A stretch of 64,000 bases of DNA from a virus. The DNA lies in IMG/VR virus record IMGVR_UViG_3300042691_039794, positions 1-64,000 of that record; one strand, given 5' to 3'. Position 1 is the stretch's first letter, and the number at the start of each line of letters is the position of its first letter. Below, piece by piece: positions 19,876-29,435 of this stretch. The notes beneath the pieces were generated by a model. That model searched no databases and was not told where the DNA came from. It was given only the letters and a program-made list of their open reading frames with translations. Made by a program: the position numbers and the translations under genes.

Positions 19876-20179
19876 TAGTATCGATCTCAATGAAAAGATC
19901 AAAAACAATGAAAAATTAATCGTTGAATTTTGGGCTCCTTGGTGTGGTCCTTGTCAAATGATGAAACCGGTGTTTGAAGGAGTTGCATCAACCAACGAAT
20001 CCAATGTACAAATGTATACGATGAATATCGATAATAACAGAGAAGTTGCAATGTCATTAGGCATAAGAAACATCCCAACTGTAAAAATGTTTAACATGGG
20101 TCAAATTGTTGAAACAAGAGTAGGAGTTTTAAATGAATCCCAAATAAAAGAACTTGTAACCGAATTAGTAAATGGATAA
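19865..20179 (+). CDS. trxA: thioredoxin
   Basis: FWAPWCGPC and IPT cis-Pro motif. Confidence 0.93.
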   Translation: MEISSIDLNEKIKNNEKLIVEFWAPWCGPCQMMKPVFEGVASTNESNVQMYTMNIDNNREVAMSLGIRNIPTVKMFNMGQIVETRVGVLNESQIKELVTELVNG

Positions 20180-20465
20180 AATAGTAGTACTTTATACGAT
20201 GAAATCTTGCCCATTTTGTCATATTTTAAAAGAAATGTTAGAAAAAGAAAATCTACCCTTCATCGATAGAGATATTGACGAATATCCTGAAGAATATGAT
20301 TTATTTACAAAGGCAACTGGTAATGAATATGTACCTTCATTTATGACAATTGAATCACCCGAAACCTCCCCAATATCAAAATTATTTGCACCTGAAAGAG
20401 ATTTTGACGAAATTACCGATGGATTACAAATAATAAAAGAATTTTATGAAAAATCCCCTAAATAA
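20172..20465 (+). CDS. glutaredoxin-like protein
   Basis: YTMKSCPFC, YVP. Confidence 0.85.
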   Translation: MDKIVVLYTMKSCPFCHILKEMLEKENLPFIDRDIDEYPEEYDLFTKATGNEYVPSFMTIESPETSPISKLFAPERDFDEITDGLQIIKEFYEKSPK

Positions 20466-20477
20466 AAGGGGATTTTT
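20449..20477. terminator. bidirectional terminator between convergent genes
   Basis: aaaaatcccct...aggggattttt. Confidence 0.75.
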
Positions 20478-20480
20478 AAT

Positions 20481-21167
20481 TTAGAATATTATTACATCTT
20501 TTAATCTATCTTGAACCAAATAAGGTTTTTCAAAATTCTGAAACAATATGTCTTCGTAGAATTCAAAATTATCGAACCTTTTATTAAACTCAACCAAGTC
20601 GAAATCAAAAACATCAAGAATTAAATTTTTGATTACCTGTGTTTCGTAAATTGATTTACACCCAATTTCTAAATCATATTCCTCATCCAAATTTTTCAAA
20701 CGCATTGTCATTTCTTTGATACCTACTGTTGATGATATTTGATTTAGAATATAATGGTAGTAGTAATAAATTGATCTACCACAATCTAAACTATAACCGA
20801 ATGGAAATTCAGATCTGACCGATACAAAGTTTTCATCATTATTACTTTCAACATAAACATCTTTGTGTACTTGTAGTTTTATAAATTTTTTTTCTGAAAT
20901 TTCTTGATCATATTTTATTACATCAACAATATTGAAAGTTTTGTTTTCATATATCGCCAAATGATCATCGAACCATTTAGAAAACTCATCTTGTATTTCA
21001 GTTAAATCTAAAATTGTTTTGGAAGTGGTTACGCCATTAACTAAAAAAAAAGGACCACAGTCGGTAACCTCAATTATAGTTTTTTCTTTTTTGTCGATTT
21101 TGGAAAGGATATAATCTGCAAATAAATTTACAGTTGTGTTTTTTGTGTCTCTTATTAATTTTCTCAT
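20481..21167 (-). CDS. degenerate S-adenosylmethionine synthetase (MetK)-like protein
   Basis: ADYIL..IEVT..LVNGVTTS..LD, GRSIYYY, ILDVFDF, KPYLVQD echo MetK N- and C-domains; GHPDK absent. Confidence 0.4.
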   Translation of the reverse strand: MRKLIRDTKNTTVNLFADYILSKIDKKEKTIIEVTDCGPFFLVNGVTTSKTILDLTEIQDEFSKWFDDHLAIYENKTFNIVDVIKYDQEISEKKFIKLQVHKDVYVESNNDENFVSVRSEFPFGYSLDCGRSIYYYYHYILNQISSTVGIKEMTMRLKNLDEEYDLEIGCKSIYETQVIKNLILDVFDFDLVEFNKRFDNFEFYEDILFQNFEKPYLVQDRLKDVIIF

Positions 21168-21218
21168 TATTGATTTTTAAAAAAAATAATAAATTAAAAA
21201 AAAACTATAAACACTTTT

Positions 21219-22175
21219 TCAAATGTATTCTGATATATAATCATTTATTATGTTTTTGATATTCGAAGATGAAATTTCATCATCTAACTCAAGTTGCTCA
21301 ATGCATCCATGATAAGTCATCTCTCTAAGCATATCATCGGGACCATAAGTGTCAAAAATATTAATTTTATAATTTGAAAAACACTCAAAAAAGTTTCTTA
21401 AAAAATTATTGAAATCAACAAATTTTAAATATCCCCCATTATATATTTTTGGATAAAATATCTCACTTAGTGAGTTTAAAACTGTTTTTTTCCAATTATC
21501 ATATATGTTTTTTTTATAAGAAAAATTATATAAAGACAATAAATTTTCACGAAGACCCTCAAATGTATCTGTGTATAAAACGGACAAAAACAAATGGTCA
21601 GTTCTTAATATCTCATCAATATTATTTCTAATATTGAAAGTACCGTTTTCAAAATAATTTTCAACTGAACCTTGATTAAACTCAAAATCACCCAAATCTA
21701 AATTTATTGACCCAAAATTTTCTAAAATAAAATTTTTTAAATATCTTTTATTTTCTGGTGTAAATTGTTTCAATATATCATAGTAAAAATCAATTTCAGA
21801 TTCGGAAACATAATCCAAGTTTTCCATTTTTTGAAATTTAGGGTAGTCATTTTCAGAAAAAAACGCGTCAAGGTTCCTAAAGTTGTAAAATTGAAAGTAG
21901 TATTTATCATCTACAACATTTACCATGGGAATTTTGGATAAAAAATAATTGGGACCAACTTCATCAAGTATTACTAAACAAATCTCATTAAATTTATATT
22001 CATCAATACCGTAAAAACAATGATCCCAAATCTGATCTAAATCCAACTTATGAACCATTTTTTTTGGTTTCAAATATTTGAAAACAAAATTTGTAGTTGA
22101 TCCAAATATTCTTAAAACTAAATCTGCATCGGTACCTCCATTGTTAAATAAAGTTATTAATCGAGACGCATTCAT
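21219..22175 (-). CDS. hypothetical protein, paralog of 22178..23293
   Basis: shared FNNG start and N.....YI end. Confidence 0.75.
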   Translation of the reverse strand: MNASRLITLFNNGGTDADLVLRIFGSTTNFVFKYLKPKKMVHKLDLDQIWDHCFYGIDEYKFNEICLVILDEVGPNYFLSKIPMVNVVDDKYYFQFYNFRNLDAFFSENDYPKFQKMENLDYVSESEIDFYYDILKQFTPENKRYLKNFILENFGSINLDLGDFEFNQGSVENYFENGTFNIRNNIDEILRTDHLFLSVLYTDTFEGLRENLLSLYNFSYKKNIYDNWKKTVLNSLSEIFYPKIYNGGYLKFVDFNNFLRNFFECFSNYKINIFDTYGPDDMLREMTYHGCIEQLELDDEISSSNIKNIINDYISEYI

Positions 22176-22177
22176 AG

Positions 22178-23293
22178 TCAGATGTAATCGTAAAACAATT
22201 CGTTAATATTTTTTGTTGTTCTACTCCAGTCAGGATATTCAGGAACTCTAAAATCAATACACTCAATCTCGTCGTTATTCATCATACCAACCATTAATTG
22301 AATAAACCCACCAAAGTATTCTAAATAAGAATCACTATAATAACCACCTTTATTATTTTCTAAAAACATATCAATTATGTTTTGAAAATTCCTGATTTTA
22401 ATGTAACTATCATATCTAGTCACTTTAGACCCATCAGTTCTAGTAACCTCTCTTGGAACCTCACTAATTCTTCCTTCAAAGTATTCATCTAAACCACGAT
22501 AAACTAAATCGTATACCTCATCTTCATATGCACTATTTTCTGCTTGCCAATATAAACTTCTTAAATTAGAACCTAACTCATCTAAATCATTTTTACATAA
22601 CTCGTTAAACGCACCTTCATCATTGACTAAACCATTTAAGTCTTGAGCCCTTATTCTAAAATAACCTTCAGTTCCTTGTTCTTCAGAAAGTTCAGAAAAA
22701 AAGTCAGAGTCATAATCCTCTAAAGATAATTCTGTATCTCCGATTTCTTTAAAAATAATATCTTTAAGTGCTGTAATGTTTGCGTCATCCAGTTCCTCAA
22801 CAACTTGATGATGGGTTACACTATTGTCAAAATACCAATCATGTCCCAAACCATCTTCACTTAAAACAAGTTTTGCAACATCTCTGGCATTTCCATCTCG
22901 TCTTCCACCACAAAAAAGAATTTCTAATTCTTCTCTATCTCTTAAATGAAGATAAAAACCGTCTGGTCTAATAACTACATCAGTAATAAGATTATGTGTA
23001 ATAAACCATATTGTGTTTTTATAGTTGTTTTCTAAACCATAAAGTAAAAAGTGATTTTTAAATTGATCTGGCATGTCATCATAATCCACGTCTGATAACA
23101 TATTATTTTCTACAAAAAAAGAAAAAAGATTGTCATCATAAGAATCACCAGGTATTTGATCGATATCGATTTCTTGTAATAAATTTTTACTTTTTATAAA
23201 TTTCAAAAAACTTAAAATATTATTTCTAAAAATTTTACTTATAAAGTCCCAATCACCATTGTTGAAATATTCTATTATAGTTTTAACAGTCAT
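22178..23293 (-). CDS. acidic hypothetical protein
   Basis: ORF; minus-strand TATTTAT (23298-23304) 5 nt upstream of ATG. Confidence 0.78.
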   Translation of the reverse strand: MTVKTIIEYFNNGDWDFISKIFRNNILSFLKFIKSKNLLQEIDIDQIPGDSYDDNLFSFFVENNMLSDVDYDDMPDQFKNHFLLYGLENNYKNTIWFITHNLITDVVIRPDGFYLHLRDREELEILFCGGRRDGNARDVAKLVLSEDGLGHDWYFDNSVTHHQVVEELDDANITALKDIIFKEIGDTELSLEDYDSDFFSELSEEQGTEGYFRIRAQDLNGLVNDEGAFNELCKNDLDELGSNLRSLYWQAENSAYEDEVYDLVYRGLDEYFEGRISEVPREVTRTDGSKVTRYDSYIKIRNFQNIIDMFLENNKGGYYSDSYLEYFGGFIQLMVGMMNNDEIECIDFRVPEYPDWSRTTKNINELFYDYI

Positions 23294-23360
23294 ACTTATA
23301 AATATAAAAAAAGGTGGAAAACAATTCCCACCTCAGTTAAGATCAATAAACCAACAACAA

Positions 23361-23498
23361 TTATTTGTTTTTATAATATTTTTCAACAATCTTTTTGATA
23401 TTTTCGTTAACAGTTTTTACTTTAGATTGTTGTTGAGTTTTAACTTCTTGTTGAGGTGTTTGAGCTTGATTGGCTTTATTTTTACATCCGCATCCCAT
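23361..23498 (-). CDS. small MGCGCK protein (45 aa, not in ORF track)
   Basis: MGCGCKNKANQAQTPQQEVKTQQQSKVKTVNENIKKIVEKYYKNK; minus-strand TATTTAT at 23532-23538 and downstream hairpin ~23310-23333. Confidence 0.7.
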   Translation of the reverse strand: MGCGCKNKANQAQTPQQEVKTQQQSKVKTVNENIKKIVEKYYKNK

Positions 23499-23580
23499 GA
23501 TTTATGTTTATTATTGTTTATTTTATATATAATAAATATAACCTCAAATTTTATTTGTAAAGTATCAAATATTTATAAAT

Positions 23581-25182
23581 GTGAAAAAAATAGTACTTAC
23601 TGAAAAAAATTTAATTAGTTTAATAAATTTAATAATTGAGAATGTCAATCAAGAACAAGAAGTAATTGAGTTGTCATCAGAACAATTTTTGAATCTTTTA
23701 AAACGAGTCAATTACAACTACCAAGGATTAAAAAACATTGCTCAGTTCAAAAATAAAAGATTTAAAATTACTGAAGCATTAAATTTAACAGGTCTCCCTA
23801 TAAAAACTTTATATGATATAGAGGTTGATGGACCACTAATTTTGAAAAGATCTAAAATTGAAAAAATTTATAATGTTGTAGTTGGTGGTTCATTAGATAT
23901 TTCTGACACGAAAATTTCCGAAATTCCTCAAGTCCATACAAATAGATTAATTTATCATGGTAGTACACTTGCCGAAATAGAAAGAAAAAGAAAATTACAA
24001 ATCAAATTTGACGAACAAGAAGAAAGAAGAGAAGAAAATGAATGGGATGAAGAAAACACTGATGAAGAATCTGAAATGGCACATGCCGTTTTTGAATTTG
24101 CCGTTAATAGTGGACATGTTGGTAAAATTGATACTGAAACAGTAAAGGCATTAAAACAAAATATAGAATCATTAGTTGAAAAACAAATTGAGTTAGACAA
24201 AAAACAAGATTCTTTAGACACAAACGACGATGAATGGAATTCAAAATGGGATGAAATTCAAGAAAAAATTGATGAAATAGAAAATGAAATAAAAGATTTA
24301 GAATCTGAGTTAGATGATGAAACAACCGATAAAGTTGATGTCTATAATTTTTATCCTGAGGGTAGAAGTCATTATGATATGAAAGTTTATCTTTCTCTTG
24401 ATAATGGATTTGAATATGTGGTGTCAACATATAGTAACGCGATGTCATCGTTAGAAGATTATTACCAAGAATGGGTTGACAACCCAACAGATTATCTTTC
24501 GAGTGAATTTCTTGAGGGTTATGTGGATGGTGATCAAGTTGCAGAATATTTAGAAGATTCATTCAGAGATAGTGTCTACGATTCTCCTGAATCTTATGAT
24601 GTGACCCGTTTTTTAAGTAAAGATCAAGAAACCGAAATATGGTTACTTGAAATGGAAAAGTGGGTTTATGAGAATGAAGGATTAAGAGTCCCAATAATGT
24701 ACCCAACAAAAGAAATAGACGGAAAAGTTTTTGATTTTGAAGATTCAGAAGGTAACAGATTTCAATATGTAAACACAAGTACAAATCCAAATACTTCAAA
24801 TTGGGTTTTATATAAAGAAGGGCAAGTTATACCTCCTCACCAAATATATGATGATGAAAATACTGAAGAACACAATGAAGAACGTGAAAGTAGAATATCG
24901 GATATTGATTATGAAATAGAGGAAATTAAAGATAATCCAGATGGGGATTTAGATGATGAATCTGTAGAATCTGTTGTGGAAGATATGAAATATGACGCAG
25001 AAAGAAACCCAATGAGTTATGTAAATGATTATGGATTAGATAGTGTATACTTCATAGATACAACACGAATACTTAATGATTTGATTGATAATTCATCATT
25101 TGAAGTTTTAGCATACTACGATGGAAATTACGATGAGATCAATATTAATGGAACCGATTATGTGGTTTTTAGAATCGATTGA
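23581..25182 (+). CDS. acidic protein with N-terminal MKKIVLTE motif and VGGxLD repeats
   Basis: GTG start 5 nt after TATTTAT (23570); LRR-like VDGPLIL/VGGSLDI; coiled coil. Confidence 0.75.
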   Translation: MKKIVLTEKNLISLINLIIENVNQEQEVIELSSEQFLNLLKRVNYNYQGLKNIAQFKNKRFKITEALNLTGLPIKTLYDIEVDGPLILKRSKIEKIYNVVVGGSLDISDTKISEIPQVHTNRLIYHGSTLAEIERKRKLQIKFDEQEERREENEWDEENTDEESEMAHAVFEFAVNSGHVGKIDTETVKALKQNIESLVEKQIELDKKQDSLDTNDDEWNSKWDEIQEKIDEIENEIKDLESELDDETTDKVDVYNFYPEGRSHYDMKVYLSLDNGFEYVVSTYSNAMSSLEDYYQEWVDNPTDYLSSEFLEGYVDGDQVAEYLEDSFRDSVYDSPESYDVTRFLSKDQETEIWLLEMEKWVYENEGLRVPIMYPTKEIDGKVFDFEDSEGNRFQYVNTSTNPNTSNWVLYKEGQVIPPHQIYDDENTEEHNEERESRISDIDYEIEEIKDNPDGDLDDESVESVVEDMKYDAERNPMSYVNDYGLDSVYFIDTTRILNDLIDNSSFEVLAYYDGNYDEININGTDYVVFRID

Positions 25183-25221
25183 TGTTTACTAGAACAACAA
25201 AATGTCATATTATTTTAATTA

Positions 25222-25998
25222 ATGGCAAAAAAGAAAAAAATAGAGTTTCTTATGGATACCGATTGGATGTTTGAAAAACCAATTGATAGAGAACATAAAG
25301 AATATAAATTATTATCTTATTTTCAAAAAATGGGAGAAAAGTTAGACAAACTAGAACTTTATCCAGGATTTATTGAATTGTCACTACACCTCATCAACTT
25401 ACAAACTTTAATAAAAGATAGAAAGTTAATTTACACAAACAAAAGTTTTAATTCAATTGACGACGAATTATTGGTAAGAGATCTTAAATTAAGAGAAATA
25501 CCACAAATGTCAGAACAAGAATACAAAGAATTCTTATCTATATTAACTTATTCCACCCCTAGAGTTTTTGAGTATTTTAATATCGCTAAATCAGTTTGGA
25601 CTGCAGTTTATGACTCAGTGGATTTGGTCCTCAAAAAAAATAAAAAAAACACAAATTCATCAAAAGGATATTTTTATTTCACCAAAAAATCTGACAACAA
25701 AATTTTTGTATGGGAATATGAAATAAAACCCGCATCTAAAAAATCGCCTGAATTTAAAACAAACGTTACGTTGATTTACAACGATGATGTAAAAAATTTG
25801 ACATTAGCCAAAATAATTTCTAACTTTTCTAATTGGGAAGATAAAAGAACATTACCAGTATTTCAAATGGACAGTAAAGGGGATTTTCCAATAGAAGAAA
25901 CACTATTACCTTTATTTAAGAGAAGATTAATTTCTTTCATCAACCACAATAAATTAAACACTGAGTTTCAAAGGTTGGTAGAAAAAAAAGAAGATTAG
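25222..25998 (+). CDS. hypothetical protein
   Basis: ORF. Confidence 0.75.
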   Translation: MAKKKKIEFLMDTDWMFEKPIDREHKEYKLLSYFQKMGEKLDKLELYPGFIELSLHLINLQTLIKDRKLIYTNKSFNSIDDELLVRDLKLREIPQMSEQEYKEFLSILTYSTPRVFEYFNIAKSVWTAVYDSVDLVLKKNKKNTNSSKGYFYFTKKSDNKIFVWEYEIKPASKKSPEFKTNVTLIYNDDVKNLTLAKIISNFSNWEDKRTLPVFQMDSKGDFPIEETLLPLFKRRLISFINHNKLNTEFQRLVEKKED

Positions 25999-26001
25999 AA
26001 A

Positions 26002-26184
26002 ATGGGATTCAACAAAAGGTTTCTTAAAAAAGAGAATATATTAAAAAACTTACACCACATTATGATCTATCTTGATGCTGATGCTATAATTTGTACTGAC
26101 GAATTCTCAAAGAAAGTTTATCAAGAATTTCAAAATAACCCTAATGAAAAAGATATTATAGATTTTATAAACAAAACAAAATGA
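26002..26184 (+). CDS. small hypothetical protein
   Basis: ORF MGFNKRF. Confidence 0.65.
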   Translation: MGFNKRFLKKENILKNLHHIMIYLDADAIICTDEFSKKVYQEFQNNPNEKDIIDFINKTK

Positions 26185-26438
26185 AAAAAGAAACAACTAT
26201 AGAAGTAAATTTAGGCGTGGGGTTAAATATGATTTTTCCATCACCCACAAATATCATATTATCAAGTGATGAAAACATTGAAATTGAGTATGAAAATTAT
26301 TTAAAATTTGTAAAAACACTTAAAGAACCTGATTACAATTATTTGGTGGAAGATATAAATAATAACACTTTAAGAGAAATGACATTTGACGAGTTTGTAT
26401 TGACTCACTATCAAGATAATAATTCAAATATTGATTAA
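26181..26438 (+). CDS. hypothetical protein
   Basis: ATGA coupling. Confidence 0.6.
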   Translation: MKKETTIEVNLGVGLNMIFPSPTNIILSSDENIEIEYENYLKFVKTLKEPDYNYLVEDINNNTLREMTFDEFVLTHYQDNNSNID

Positions 26439-26440
26439 AA

Positions 26441-27568
26441 ATGAAAGTTAAATTAGAATACGTTTGGTTGGATGGATACAAACCTGAACCAAATTTGAGA
26501 AGCAAAGTAAAAATAGTTGAATACGAGAAAGTTAAAAATGCATTTTTGGATGGAAAATTCCCCATATGGAATTTTGACGGATCATCAACTCTCCAAGCTG
26601 AAACAGGTAACTCAGATAGATTATTAAAACCTATAAGACATTATGTTGCTGATGTTACTTCCACAGTTTATGTTTTATGTGAGGTATTAAATCCTGATGG
26701 AACTCCACACGAATCAAACAAAAGATCACAAATTAGTCAAGGATATGAAGATCTTTGGTTTGGGTTTGAACAAGAATATTTCATTCGTGAAGAAATTAAT
26801 GGAAACATATTGGGACACAAAAGAAATATTTTAAAAGGACAGGGTGAATATTATTGTGGTGTTGGACATAACGTGGTAGGTCGTTCATTTGTTGATGAAC
26901 ATTTAAACATGTGTTTGAATTATGGAATTGATATTACCGGTATAAACGCGGAGGTTGCACTTGGTCAGTGGGAGTATCAAGTTTTCTCTCAAGGAAAACA
27001 CAAAGGTGGAGATGATCTTTGGATGACAAGATACTTCTTACTTAAAATTGCAGAAAAATACGGATACCATATCGAACTTCACCCAAAACCATTAACACAC
27101 GGAGAGTGGAATGGATCAGGACTCCACACGAATTTTTCAACTGATAAGATGAGAAATGAAGGGAATGAAGAATATTTTATGGCTTTATTTAACGCATTTG
27201 AGGCTAGACATGATGATCACATCAAGGCATATGGGTCTAACAATAACCTTCGTTTGACTGGACAATACGAAACTCAATCAATCGATAAATTCAGTTGGGG
27301 TGTTTCTGACCGAGGAGCGTCAATTCGAGTACCTCAAGACACCGCTAAAGAATGGAAGGGGTATATTGAGGATCGAAGACCGGGATCAAATGCCGACCCA
27401 TATAAAATCATTCGTGAGATTGTTAACTCATTGGAAACTACTCATCAAATCTATGAAATGAAAAATATGATGAACACATATGTTGATGTAAAACCATTGG
27501 AAGGAAAATATGGGACAAAATCAAACGATGAGTTATTAAGCGAATATAGAGAAGAAGAGGCGGAATAA
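26441..27568 (+). CDS. glnII: glutamine synthetase type II
   Basis: LEYVWLDG, WNFDGSST, FGFEQEY, NAEVALGQWEYQ, WNGSGLHTNFST, RGASIRVP, EDRRPGSNADPY. Confidence 0.93.
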   Translation: MKVKLEYVWLDGYKPEPNLRSKVKIVEYEKVKNAFLDGKFPIWNFDGSSTLQAETGNSDRLLKPIRHYVADVTSTVYVLCEVLNPDGTPHESNKRSQISQGYEDLWFGFEQEYFIREEINGNILGHKRNILKGQGEYYCGVGHNVVGRSFVDEHLNMCLNYGIDITGINAEVALGQWEYQVFSQGKHKGGDDLWMTRYFLLKIAEKYGYHIELHPKPLTHGEWNGSGLHTNFSTDKMRNEGNEEYFMALFNAFEARHDDHIKAYGSNNNLRLTGQYETQSIDKFSWGVSDRGASIRVPQDTAKEWKGYIEDRRPGSNADPYKIIREIVNSLETTHQIYEMKNMMNTYVDVKPLEGKYGTKSNDELLSEYREEEAE

Positions 27569-27786
27569 TGGAACAAGTTAATCACCCACAACATTACGGA
27601 GGAGAAGAAAATATTTATGAGGCAATCAAAGTGATTGATGCTTGGGATTTAGGGTTTAGTTTAGGTAATACAGTAAAATATATTAGTCGTGCAGGAAAAA
27701 AAGGAAAAGATAAAGAACTCGAGGACCTCAGAAAGGCGTTATGGTACCTCCAACACCACATCGAAACGCTCGAAAACAGGATTTGA
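27568..27786 (+). CDS. DUF3310 protein
   Basis: VNHPQHY, GNTVKYISRAGKK, EDLRKALWYL. Confidence 0.9.
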   Translation: MEQVNHPQHYGGEENIYEAIKVIDAWDLGFSLGNTVKYISRAGKKGKDKELEDLRKALWYLQHHIETLENRI

Positions 27787-28078
27787 TCGAGAGATTACAG
27801 TTTTAGACGCACTTACAACGCCAAACGAGTTGATGAGAGAAACTCTTATTAATTTTATGTGGGGGTTTCTTGGAAATTCAATTGTGGTGTTTGTCGCTAA
27901 AGAACTGGACTTTCTAGTTTTAATTAACTATATCGTCTACTACATCCTAATTTCTTATATTGTGAACAGAAAAAAATACGAAACCATGTTAGGAAAATTT
28001 ATTGTGCTTCCTGGCTCGGCAGCGGCAGGTGCTTATACAGGATATAAAGTTGCACAAATGTTAACAGAACTATTATGA
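27689..28078 (+). CDS. membrane protein (start uncertain)
   Basis: 3 hydrophobic segments; track start overlaps DUF3310; first in-frame ATG at 27833. Confidence 0.6.
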   Translation: MQEKKEKIKNSRTSERRYGTSNTTSKRSKTGFDREITVLDALTTPNELMRETLINFMWGFLGNSIVVFVAKELDFLVLINYIVYYILISYIVNRKKYETMLGKFIVLPGSAAAGAYTGYKVAQMLTELL

Positions 28079-28224
28079 AAGAAAACTGGAATCCAAACGA
28101 TCATCAAGGTAAATCAAGATTTAGTTTAGAAACAAGTTACAGGATTTTATTTGTTTGTATCATGATTGCATCAATAGTTTGTACATGGGGATTGATTATC
28201 GAATTAATTAAAATTATATTTTAA
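28075..28224 (+). CDS. small single-TM protein (49 aa, not in ORF track)
   Basis: MKENWNPNDHQGKSRFS...; ATGA coupling. Confidence 0.55.
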   Translation: MKENWNPNDHQGKSRFSLETSYRILFVCIMIASIVCTWGLIIELIKIIF

Positions 28225-28226
28225 CT

Positions 28227-29078
28227 ATGATAGAAACAGGAAAAATTATAAATGGTGATTGTATTGAGGTAATGAAAACATTACCTGAAGGATCAATTGA
28301 TTTAGTGGTTACAAGTTGTCCTTATGGTGTTGGTATTGCATATGATGTACATGAGGATGATGTTGAGTTTGAAGACTATAAAGTATTTAGTCGTAACTGG
28401 TTGACAGAAACATATAGAGTGTTGAAGGATGACGGAAGAATTGCTCTTAACATTCCTTATGAGATCAATCGTCAAAAAAAAGGTGGTCGTATCTTTTTTG
28501 TTTCAGAGATGTGGCAAATTATGAAAGAGATTGGTTATGGGTTCTTTGGTATTGTTGATTTAGAAGAACAATCACCACATAGAAGTAAAACAACAGCTTG
28601 GGGTTCTTGGATGAGCCCATCATCACCTTATATTTATAACCCAAAGGAGTGTGTAATATTAGCATACAAAAACAAACACATTAAAAAAGTAAAAGGACAA
28701 CCTGAGTGGACAGGTGAATTAACAGAAATTGAAAATGAGGATGGAACAAAAAGAAACAAAATCGTCTACGATGAAAACGATAAGAAAGAGTTCATGGAAC
28801 TTGTCTTTGGTCAGTGGAATTATTTTGCTGACACTAAATCTCTCACTAAGGCAACCTTCTCAATGGACATCCCGACCAAAGCGATCAAAATTTTATCATA
28901 TAAGAACGATATAATTTTAGATCCCTTTTGTGGTAGTGGAACATCAATGGTTGCGGCTCAGATATTAGGTCGTAAATGGTTAGGTATTGAACTATCTCAA
29001 AACTATTGTGAAATTGCTCGGGGTAGAGTTGCCTCTTTCATCTTGGATTCAACTCAAAAAGGTTTAGTACTTAATTAG
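28227..29078 (+). CDS. DNA methyltransferase, N4/N6 beta class
   Basis: GDC, TSCPY variant of motif IV, ATF, ILDPFCGSGT. Confidence 0.88.
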   Translation: MIETGKIINGDCIEVMKTLPEGSIDLVVTSCPYGVGIAYDVHEDDVEFEDYKVFSRNWLTETYRVLKDDGRIALNIPYEINRQKKGGRIFFVSEMWQIMKEIGYGFFGIVDLEEQSPHRSKTTAWGSWMSPSSPYIYNPKECVILAYKNKHIKKVKGQPEWTGELTEIENEDGTKRNKIVYDENDKKEFMELVFGQWNYFADTKSLTKATFSMDIPTKAIKILSYKNDIILDPFCGSGTSMVAAQILGRKWLGIELSQNYCEIARGRVASFILDSTQKGLVLN

Positions 29079-29420
29079 AACTTCGTCCCCTTCACTTAGG
29101 TTATATTTTTTACAATCACCAGATGGTAATTCTAAAACTAAATTACCATCTCCTTCGAATCGAGGACAGTCATTACTATCCGATTCATTACAAGGTTTAC
29201 AATCATGGTGTATTTTTGATATTCGATTGTTTTTTATAAAAATAATATCCAAAGGAGTGATACAATTTTTCATCCAAAAATTGTGAGTACCCTCACCCAT
29301 CATAAAAAGTAAACCATCAAAATTGTGATTAAACTTTTTACCCATCATTCCCGAATTAATATCTTTTTGTGAAATCAAACATTTCACGTTATAAAAGTTA
29401 TCGTTTATCATTACTCTCAT
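29064..29420 (-). CDS. DUF192 family protein
   Basis: GMM, GLLF, FWMKNCITPLDIIF, VLEL; ATG at 29420 preferred. Confidence 0.88.
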   Translation of the reverse strand: MRVMINDNFYNVKCLISQKDINSGMMGKKFNHNFDGLLFMMGEGTHNFWMKNCITPLDIIFIKNNRISKIHHDCKPCNESDSNDCPRFEGDGNLVLELPSGDCKKYNLSEGDEVLIKY

Positions 29421-29431
29421 ATTTATAAATA
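29420..29431. promoter_or_regulatory. palindromic bidirectional TATTTAT promoter
   Basis: TATTTATAAATA perfect palindrome between divergent start codons. Confidence 0.6.
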
Positions 29432-29435
29432 TATC

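Noticed and set aside
23259-23603. 114-aa plus-strand ORF
   Set aside because: Overlaps two real genes and is antisense to the better supported MGCGCK ORF
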